Origin: Candidatus Brocadiia bacterium
Lineage (GTDB): Bacteria; Planctomycetota; Brocadiia; SM23-32
NCBI GenBank assembly: GCA_046538485.1
Contig: JBKHIT010000010.1
Span: 32,001 to 96,000 of the forward strand
Direction of reading: 5' to 3'
DNA: 64,000 bases
A program made the position numbers and the translations under genes. Positions 48,741 through 56,534 of this stretch are shown piece after piece (position 1 is the first letter of the stretch; each line of letters opens with the position of its first letter). Below the pieces are notes generated by a model. It did no database searches. It worked only from the letters and a program-made list of their open reading frames with translations, and was not told the origin of the DNA.

Positions 48741-49315
48741 GGAACCGACTCCTCTTGAAATAAGATATAATGGCACGACAAATTCTACGGGTTACAGCTC
48801 AAAGCAGCAACCAGATGCGGCGGTTCTCCAGGTTAAACCTGCGTTCGGGCGGTCCATTCACATCTTTGGGGCTTCTGTTTTTGCTGTATTTTCCACTCTC
48901 TACTTTCTCCTGCTCTACCGATTTCATCTTCGCAAAATGAATTCGGTTGCCCTACATCTACGTCGCGTCCCGGATACGTGAGGGCGGGGGATATTCCAGG
49001 AAATATTCCGTCTCCAGAGAGGTTGGATGCATCCTGAAGCCAGGTCTGTGGTGGACCTTCAGCCCACCATTTCTTCGCGCATACCCGTACCCCAGGGCGC
49101 CGAAGACTTTCAGTCCTCTGTACCCTGGGCTGTTATCTGCCGGGGCGTTGCCCCTGAGAATCGCTTTCCCGGAAATCCTGTCATTGCAATACGCCGTGCG
49201 GCGAGTACCTGTGTAGCCTTCTGCCGTACCGTGAGCTACAACCGCATGTGGCTGGCCAAACACCGGGCCAGCGCTCCGTGCCGGGGGACACCCAAATCCC
49301 GTCCCCCGGGATGTT

Positions 49316-50629
49316 TCAACATAACATATCGAAGGCCGGTTCAATTTCAGCTCTTTCCCGCTCCAGACGTCCCACCACATGATTGGGGGAAAGTTCGGCC
49401 GGAGTCGTGCCTTCCTCCAAACTCAGCGCCGCTGCCAGGCCGGCCGCTTCCCCGGTACTCTGGCACGTCTGCTGAATACGCAACGAAGACTGCGCATGAT
49501 GCTCCGCCGAGATGCAGCGTCCGCCCATCAACAGGTTATCAATTCCTTTTGCCACGATGGCGCCATAACGAATGTCAAAATAGTCCCCTTCTGCCGCCAG
49601 CCGGCGACGGGGGATATAGTTTTCATCTTGATAATCGACGACTTTACGGGACCCTTCTTCGGCACGATGAATGTCGATCTCCCAAGAAGAGCGGGCGATG
49701 GCGTCGGGATATTTGTTGAACTCCCACGCATCGTCAGCCGTCGCCGTCGCCAGACCATGGATTCGCCGGCTGGACCGCACACCTGGTTCATCCGCAATGT
49801 TCGCAAGGTAAACATCATCGGAAGCGTCCTGCTGCTTCTTGCTCTGAAACCTTTCCCAGATCTGAGATCTCCCCTCGCGGACGGCACGCGTCAGATCGGC
49901 GGGATTGAGCGGATCGACCTCCAGCAAACGCAACAAACCGGCCTGGAATAATGGTGCGATGGCAAGACTCCGCCCCGTCCCACCAACGGGATTTGTCTGC
50001 CCCGGCTCGTATTCTTCTGAAGTCTTAACGCCCCCATAATACGCGTTCAGGGAAACGGCCATTGCCCAGGAATTCCCGTCTACACCATGATCAAATGGCA
50101 CACCGGCTGCTGCGCAAATCGTACCATCACCCGTCGCATCGACAATCCTCTTCGCAAAAAGTGCCGTCCGACCGCCTCTCGATTCGACCACAATTCCTCG
50201 TGCCGTATCATCTTCGACAATCGTATCAGTGGCAAGAACGAAATGCAGGATCTCAGCTCCGGCGTCGGTCAGCAGATCATCCCACGCAAACGGGACACGG
50301 GTCGGATCCAGCGATCCCACAATCCAGGGGAAGCCCTCTCGGTCCTGACGGGACAGGGACGATATTCCGTCGTACTTCTGAAGCTGTCGCGCCCAATCGT
50401 GCCAGATCCCCTGAAAATCTACGCCGTTTGTGCTGAGAACCGAAAGAACGTTCTGGGTCACAGGCGCACCGCCCAACGCACCATGTTTTTCAATCAGAAG
50501 GGTATGCGCACCCTGCCGGGCGGAGGCGAGGGCCGCTGCGCAACCTGCAGGGCCGCCCCCGCAGACGATAACATCGTACTCGCCGAGGACGGGGATTTCT
50601 CTTCCGGGTTCGCTGTAGGTTTCTGGCAT
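49316..50629 (-). CDS. FAD-dependent oxidoreductase (FAD_oxidored family)
   Basis: DVIVCGGGPAG..AA..SAR.GA, VDATGDG, GVRSSRRI.G, NLLMGGRCIS, R....CQSTGEAAG; SD GAGG before ATG 50629. Confidence 0.85.
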   Translation of the reverse strand: MPETYSEPGREIPVLGEYDVIVCGGGPAGCAAALASARQGAHTLLIEKHGALGGAPVTQNVLSVLSTNGVDFQGIWHDWARQLQKYDGISSLSRQDREGFPWIVGSLDPTRVPFAWDDLLTDAGAEILHFVLATDTIVEDDTARGIVVESRGGRTALFAKRIVDATGDGTICAAAGVPFDHGVDGNSWAMAVSLNAYYGGVKTSEEYEPGQTNPVGGTGRSLAIAPLFQAGLLRLLEVDPLNPADLTRAVREGRSQIWERFQSKKQQDASDDVYLANIADEPGVRSSRRIHGLATATADDAWEFNKYPDAIARSSWEIDIHRAEEGSRKVVDYQDENYIPRRRLAAEGDYFDIRYGAIVAKGIDNLLMGGRCISAEHHAQSSLRIQQTCQSTGEAAGLAAALSLEEGTTPAELSPNHVVGRLERERAEIEPAFDMLC

Positions 50630-50705
50630 CTTGCTGTTTCCTCTCTGGAACGGCAGGGACAGAAGGGACGTAAAGGACTTAAGGGACCGGGTTCTGAAAT
50701 ACCTT

Positions 50706-52043
50706 TTATTGCGGAACATTCCTTTCTGATTCGGGCTTTGGATAAAGAGCTACCTTGTTGGCATCCTTGACCACCAGAATCGGTTCGTCGCTTTCCTCCT
50801 GCCATCGATCGACGACTTTCTGCGGATCCTGCACAGGGCTCAGATGGGCAGCTCGAACCGTTTCCGGATCTAACTCGCTGTGAAGATAAACGGCCTTGAG
50901 CTTCTGCAACAAGCGGGCGAATTTGTAGGCTTTGTGCGAGTAAAGAACGTAATTTTCTTTAAGCCCGGCCAGCACCTCGGGGATGGGTGCGGTCAGACGA
51001 TCGTAAAAATTCTCCCTCGCCTCGTGTGTAGTCGCCACACCTTTCCGGCAGGCCGCCAGGAGCAACACTTCACCGGACTCGCGAATGCAGTTTTTCGCCA
51101 GCTCCAGTCCCCGCTGCGCATTGTAAAGGGTCTCATCCTGCGGATCACTCCCGGGGGCAACGATCACGCGGGAACGCGGTTCGCGATGGCAGCTCGCAAA
51201 CGCATCGACCCGTTTTATTCCTTCGCACACAACTTCCTGCATCTCCCCCGCCCCCGCCCATAGAACACCGTTTTCGGTCGTGATCGATCCCAGCACGAAA
51301 CAGGGCCGGGAACCTGCGATCATCTTCCAGGCTTCCATCATATCCAGCGCAACCGGATTAAAGCGACGGGCGGGGTCGGGATGCCAGGGATGTCGCCCGA
51401 ACGTGGAGGACGGTTTGAGGGCCAGAGAATGATTGCCCTCGATCGAGTTAAATGAAGAGATACCGGGCAAAAACGCTTTGAGAGCGTTGGAATACCCGGC
51501 GAAATAGTGATTCTTCATATCCGACGCAACCACAAAGACGTCGCAGGAGAGTGCATCCGGATTGGCCGCCACGATTGTGCTCCGCGTGGTCCTGCCGAGA
51601 TTCACCAGATCCGGACTATGGCAGTCGTGGATGGATATTTCAGCGGGAATTTCCATCTTCGCCGCTGCCTTGCGAAAACCCTCAATGATCTCCAGATTTC
51701 CCGAACTCTCCAGTTCGTGAGATCCCGTCGCAATGACAGCCGTCACGCTTTTTGCCCCCGTAAAACGCGGCAGACAAGCGTCGACGTAGGCATGGTGCGG
51801 TTCGGACCTCGTCGCATCGGCGAGAATCAAGCAGACTTTTTTATCCTCAACCAGGTTCGCAAGGGAGGTAAAACCGACGGGAGCAGCAACAGCATCTTCG
51901 AAAGCAGCGTTTGGCTCGCACAACTCTTGTGGGTAATTTATCCCGGCCATCTGACGGGACTTCTCTGGAATTTGCAGTTTGACAGACCCTTTTCCGCACG
52001 GAAGCGAAATGACACCATTCGAACCGTTTGTTTTTTCAGCCAT
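50706..52043 (-). CDS. Lactate racemase (LarA) superfamily protein, probable nickel-pincer alpha-hydroxy-acid racemase/epimerase
   Basis: D.TR, IATGSH, HDC, GRTT.ST, HYFAGYS...K..LPG, NH motifs characteristic of LarA. Confidence 0.75.
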   Translation of the reverse strand: MAEKTNGSNGVISLPCGKGSVKLQIPEKSRQMAGINYPQELCEPNAAFEDAVAAPVGFTSLANLVEDKKVCLILADATRSEPHHAYVDACLPRFTGAKSVTAVIATGSHELESSGNLEIIEGFRKAAAKMEIPAEISIHDCHSPDLVNLGRTTRSTIVAANPDALSCDVFVVASDMKNHYFAGYSNALKAFLPGISSFNSIEGNHSLALKPSSTFGRHPWHPDPARRFNPVALDMMEAWKMIAGSRPCFVLGSITTENGVLWAGAGEMQEVVCEGIKRVDAFASCHREPRSRVIVAPGSDPQDETLYNAQRGLELAKNCIRESGEVLLLAACRKGVATTHEARENFYDRLTAPIPEVLAGLKENYVLYSHKAYKFARLLQKLKAVYLHSELDPETVRAAHLSPVQDPQKVVDRWQEESDEPILVVKDANKVALYPKPESERNVPQ

Positions 52044-52372
52044 TGCAAGGATGCTTCAATTGCAGAGTGGAAAAAGTGCCGGCAACAATACCGTTTCAAT
52101 TCTAAAGGTTCTGACGGCACCGGGCGAATTGATGCCCCCTTAAAGAGTAGAAATAAGCCCTGAATGTCCCTGTCACCGCTACGAAAAATGAAGACTCATT
52201 AATGCAAATCGATGAAATCGACCCACGAACCGGCCATATTTGTACCCGTATGGGTGTGAGAGGTATAATTCGTACTAACGTCTGACAGGTCTGGTGCAGA
52301 AGAATCTTTTATCCACGCAACAGAATTGTCAACATACAAAACGTTGTGGCCATCGCAGCGTCGGCGGCTCGC

Positions 52373-53458
52373 TCATTGCTTTTCGTTTCGAACAACAACC
52401 CGCGGCTTCACAATTTCCACAGTATCTCCGATATCCTGTCCCGCCAGCGCTTTCTGAAGCATTCTGTGGGCGCGCACGGCGAGTTCCTGCAATTGCAAAT
52501 TGACACTTGTAAAGGGAGGTATACCGACCTGGCTCCAGGGGGTATCGTAGAAACCTGCAAATTCTACTTCATCCGCAAGTTCCGGGTGGTCTTGCCGGAG
52601 AAGACGCTGTGTGGTAAAGGATATGACGTCCAGTGTAGAAAAAACGACCGTAGGGTGCTTGTCCTGCTGGAAAGATGAAAGTATTTCTTCTTCATTGAGT
52701 CGAGGCAGAACCTCCACACTATGGGGCACACTCACGGGCTGAAACTCTCCTCCCAGCTTTCTCCATTCGTAGATGAAGGCCTCTCGAGGCTGCAAGGGAT
52801 CAAAAAGGCCGTCTCCCGATGAGGTTTCCTCGAGATCTTCCGAAACGGACCCATATCCGGCCGGTGCCATGACCAGCGCCCGCCGGTGGCCCCGCTGGAA
52901 CAGATAGCGCGCGAGCTCACGGGCCCCGGCTTCGTAATCCGAAAGCACTCTCATCATCCCCGGCAACTCCGGCCCCTGCCACTCTGCAATGCCCACTATG
53001 ATTTTATTGGCAAACAATTCGGATTCGAGGATAGAATACGGGAACCCTCCGGAACCCCGCACAATAAAAGCCTGCACCTCGGAGCGACCCAACCGCATCA
53101 ATTGTTGCCGTCCGTCCTCATCATCCGCATCGAAGAAAATGGGGATCCGTTCGTCGCTCTGCACCATTGTTCCCAGTAAATCTGCCAGCTCGCCCCAGAC
53201 GTGTTTACCGGCACCGAGTCCGACGGCAATGGTGCGAGAAAGTGTCACATGGGGAAGATCTTCAGTTACAAACACTTCACCTTTCTCGTTGATCTCCACA
53301 TATCCGAGTTGCTCCAATCGCACAATAGCCTCGCCGACCGGCCCGGAAGTCGTCCCAAATCGACGAGCCAGCTCCCCAACAGAGGGCAAACGCGCTCCAC
53401 TGCTTCGCTTGCCCGCCACGATTTCAGCACGGATTGTCTCACAAATATGTTCTTCCAT
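52373..53458 (-). CDS. Transcriptional regulator, GntR wHTH plus LacI-type sugar-binding domain (paralogue 1)
   Basis: G.RLPSV.ELARRFG....V..A..RL...GY; C-terminal D...GA..L...GHRR, GFYD.PWS....PPFTSV. Confidence 0.82.
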   Translation of the reverse strand: MEEHICETIRAEIVAGKRSSGARLPSVGELARRFGTTSGPVGEAIVRLEQLGYVEINEKGEVFVTEDLPHVTLSRTIAVGLGAGKHVWGELADLLGTMVQSDERIPIFFDADDEDGRQQLMRLGRSEVQAFIVRGSGGFPYSILESELFANKIIVGIAEWQGPELPGMMRVLSDYEAGARELARYLFQRGHRRALVMAPAGYGSVSEDLEETSSGDGLFDPLQPREAFIYEWRKLGGEFQPVSVPHSVEVLPRLNEEEILSSFQQDKHPTVVFSTLDVISFTTQRLLRQDHPELADEVEFAGFYDTPWSQVGIPPFTSVNLQLQELAVRAHRMLQKALAGQDIGDTVEIVKPRVVVRNEKQ

Positions 53459-53501
53459 ATTTTCCGATTAATCCCCCAATCTAAAAAAGCAGGTAAATTT
53501 A

Positions 53502-53575
53502 CCAGTGGTCCATGACAGTTGATTTTATGGGTTCAGCCGGTCGCTGGTAGTGCATGTGCAAGACGCAGCGACAAG
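53502..53575 (+). repeat. Repeat family D copy
   Basis: CCAGTGGTCC-N7-TTGATTTT.TGGGTTCAGCCGGTCG...TGCAAG..GCAG.GA matches the reverse complement of 56413-56486. Confidence 0.7.
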
Positions 53576-53667
53576 TTCAACCCAAACGGGTCCACGGCGA
53601 ACGGCAACGCAGCAGGTGGGCTGCCAGCGCCCGGCCCGCAGGGAGTAATTCTGCCGGGGCATTTCTC

Positions 53668-54750
53668 TCAATTGCCCTGCTTACGAATGACAAGCCTGGG
53701 TTTCACAACTTCCAGTTTCTGCCGCACCTCTTCCCCGTTCAACGCTTTCTGGAGCATTCGATGCGCCCGAACAGCAAGCTCTTCCAGCCTCAAATTGACG
53801 CTTGTGAAAGGCGGATGGCCTGCCCTGCTCCAGGGAGAATCGTAAAAACCCGCGAAATATATCTCTTCAAAAATTTCCGGTCGTTGTTCACGAACCCAAC
53901 GTTGTATGGCAAAAGATAAAACATCCATCGTGCTGAAGACCGCCGGACGCTCAGAATCGCCTCCGAAACAACGCCGATAGGCATCCTCAGGAACGGAGGG
54001 TAAGACCTCCATACCCAGTTCCACAATCAGGGTTTCATATTCACCACCCAGCCGTTTCCATTCGTCAAGGAGCACTTTTCCTGGTCGACGAGGAACAAAT
54101 TTCTGGTTCTCATCCGCATCGTCACCCAACACCGGCTGGAAATGATGTTCACCGGGCGCTACTGCCAGCAGACGCCGGTGGCCTCTATTGAACAAATGGC
54201 GCGCGAGAAGCCGCGCCCCCGCTTCGTAATCGGATAGCACACGCAACATGCCCGGCAGAACAGGCCCTTCCCAATCCGCAATACCCAGAATAATTTTATC
54301 GCTGAACAAATCATTTTGAAGAATCCTGTACGGAAACCCTCGAGTGCCCCTTATCACAAATGCCTCAACCTGAGAACCTCCCAGCCGTTCTAATTGCTGG
54401 CGCCCCTCCTGGTCCTCAACATCGAACACCACGGGCAGACGTTCGTCTTCCTGGAACATGGCCGCGAGAAGTTCTGCAAGATCACCCCAGACGTGACGGC
54501 TCCTTCCCAAACCCACAGCGACCGTATGCGAAAGCGTCAGGTCCGGTGGTGTCTGAACAAGATACGTGCCATCTTCCCCTTCAGGTTCCAAATAGTTGAG
54601 TCTTTCAAGCTTCTCGAGAGATTCTATGACTTCATCCTCCGTCGTTCCAAAACGACGCGCCAGGATTTCCACAGACGGAAGCCGCGATCCGGGGTTTCTT
54701 TCTCCCCCGGTGATTTCGTTCCGAATTGTCTGGACAATATGTTGCTTCAT
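53668..54750 (-). CDS. Transcriptional regulator, GntR wHTH plus LacI-type domain (paralogue 2)
   Basis: Same architecture; long near-identical blocks with paralogue 1 (RVLSDYEAGAR.LAR.LF.RGHRR; PPFTSVNL.L.ELAVRAHRMLQKAL). Confidence 0.82.
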   Translation of the reverse strand: MKQHIVQTIRNEITGGERNPGSRLPSVEILARRFGTTEDEVIESLEKLERLNYLEPEGEDGTYLVQTPPDLTLSHTVAVGLGRSRHVWGDLAELLAAMFQEDERLPVVFDVEDQEGRQQLERLGGSQVEAFVIRGTRGFPYRILQNDLFSDKIILGIADWEGPVLPGMLRVLSDYEAGARLLARHLFNRGHRRLLAVAPGEHHFQPVLGDDADENQKFVPRRPGKVLLDEWKRLGGEYETLIVELGMEVLPSVPEDAYRRCFGGDSERPAVFSTMDVLSFAIQRWVREQRPEIFEEIYFAGFYDSPWSRAGHPPFTSVNLRLEELAVRAHRMLQKALNGEEVRQKLEVVKPRLVIRKQGN

Positions 54751-55037
54751 CTTTTCTGGCTGCCAGCCTCTCTGTGTAAATACCCGGGATTTGCGCTTGA
54801 GTCATAAAATCCCCAAAGGAAATAATAACGTTTCCGGTCTTTTGCATCAACAACCAGCCGCGAACCGCGTGAAAAATGCCCCATTTCCGCGAACGGAATA
54901 CAGCAGCGCAGAACCTCCCCAAACGGTCGGACGAAAGCGAGCTTTCAAAAACAGTACCGGTGTCGCTGAGCCCACATGCGATCCCCTGGTGACCAAAAAA
55001 CCGCAATTCCCCGCCTCAAAGGCCGGAACAGGTTAGA

Positions 55038-56441
55038 TCATCTGGCCCTCCCCAGACGAAATAGTTCGGTCTGTGGCGGATCTATTTTCAGGTGCAATTT
55101 CTGCAGTGATTTCCCCAGCTCTTTTCCTTCCCGCAAATCCCAGACCTGGCGTTTTCCGGGCAACTTGATCGTGAGGTCGCCCGGGCAAACAGAATGCACA
55201 GTCAAACTGGTGGAATCGGCAAAAATCAGCGCGTCTTTTTCACAATACACATGGGTGCCGCTGGAGCGTGCCATCAGCGGCCACCCCAGCATCGTCTGTT
55301 TGAAGGCATCGAGACCGGCCAACTTATTCGGCGCTTCGGCCTTGATAGCCTTCAGGACCGTTCGAAAATTGTGTTCCGTCAGTTGTCGCATGCATTCGCA
55401 GTAATCTTTCACAGCGACCATTTCTTCGGGTTCAGGCCAGTGCAAGCGGTGGGGAGCGCTTTCATGCCGTCCGCCAAGCCGCCCAATTTCGCTTGCCACT
55501 GTCTCTCCCGCTTCATGCCATTCCTGATCCGATGGAACCTCGACCGACTCCAGAGTCACATCTTCGCTGGCCCATGCCGCCTGGAGTTTTTCGTCACTGC
55601 CGTATTTTTCTTTGAGAAAACGACGGAAGGCCTCCTGCATGACGGGACTCTGGTCAAACAAATATCCCTCACACGTCAGGTGGGTTGTCCCTTCGCCCAT
55701 CGGGTAATTGAGATATCCGATAACCCGATCGGCCCAGGGCCGTGATTCACAGAACGCCACCACATTCCGCACGAACTTTTTCATTTGTTCCTTACACAGT
55801 TCTGAAGCGAGCGAAGCCTCCCGGTACCGCTTACCGTAGCTGTTAAGCAACATATGGTCCGGATTGTTTCTCCTAAAATCGGACGGCGGCCGAGTGGAAA
55901 ACCGCACCCAGAGGCGTGCATCTGGGACGAGATCAAGCACAAAATTATCCATGTCTGAAGGGCTGACGTCCTCGGCCTCTTCGGGCGGGACTTTCGGAAA
56001 CGCCCCATCATCTGTCCAAAAAGCCGTCTTGCCCCATTCTCCATCCACGCCCCCTCGGACCGGGAGCATGAAAACTTTGCAATTATTCTTTGCAAACTTG
56101 CGCAGTATTTTTTTGCTTCCCGGAGCATCCAGATCGTAGCACAGATTGTAGCAATAGGGCGATGTCGGTTCACCGTCCTCAAAAACGACGGGTTTACCGC
56201 GGTAGTTTTCTACCTCATAATCCTTCTGCACTTCGTCCGCACTCACAGCTTTCTCCTGACCGGATAAGGGAACCACTCCGACGTTGAAAAAAATGATTAC
56301 CAGAACAGCAAGCAACGGGTATCGGATTTGCGCTGTTTTTTTGACCTTTGTAAAGATTTTGCCGATTGAATCGAAAATAATACCAACATTCCGTTGCAGA
56401 CCGAAAGCTCCATTTCTCACTGCACCTTGCATCTGAACCAC
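55038..56441 (-). CDS. Beta-galactosidase-like (GH42-related) protein, probably internally deleted; start uncertain
   Basis: ASLAS...KE, DRVIGY, F..FL..KYG....L..AW motif; C-terminal AR..GTHVY...H....G...I.LP....V.DL; ORF-track start falls inside a repeat. Confidence 0.55.
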   Translation of the reverse strand: MVQMQGAVRNGAFGLQRNVGIIFDSIGKIFTKVKKTAQIRYPLLAVLVIIFFNVGVVPLSGQEKAVSADEVQKDYEVENYRGKPVVFEDGEPTSPYCYNLCYDLDAPGSKKILRKFAKNNCKVFMLPVRGGVDGEWGKTAFWTDDGAFPKVPPEEAEDVSPSDMDNFVLDLVPDARLWVRFSTRPPSDFRRNNPDHMLLNSYGKRYREASLASELCKEQMKKFVRNVVAFCESRPWADRVIGYLNYPMGEGTTHLTCEGYLFDQSPVMQEAFRRFLKEKYGSDEKLQAAWASEDVTLESVEVPSDQEWHEAGETVASEIGRLGGRHESAPHRLHWPEPEEMVAVKDYCECMRQLTEHNFRTVLKAIKAEAPNKLAGLDAFKQTMLGWPLMARSSGTHVYCEKDALIFADSTSLTVHSVCPGDLTIKLPGKRQVWDLREGKELGKSLQKLHLKIDPPQTELFRLGRAR

Positions 56442-56486
56442 CGACGACCGGCTGAACCCACAAAATCAAATGGAACGGACCACTGG
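56413..56486 (-). repeat. Repeat family D copy
   Basis: Reverse-complement match to 53502-53575. Confidence 0.7.
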
Positions 56487-56534
56487 CTCCCGGTTTATCC
56501 TTTCTTGGTTCGGCCCGGGTTGGAAAGCCCGTCG

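Noticed and set aside
49281..49309. GC hairpin CCGGGGGAC/GTCCCCCGG after the FAD oxidoreductase stop
   Set aside because: No U-tract on the coding strand, so not called a terminator
53519..56469. Two short ORFs both beginning MILWVQPV
   Set aside because: Translations of repeat family D; they overlap real genes
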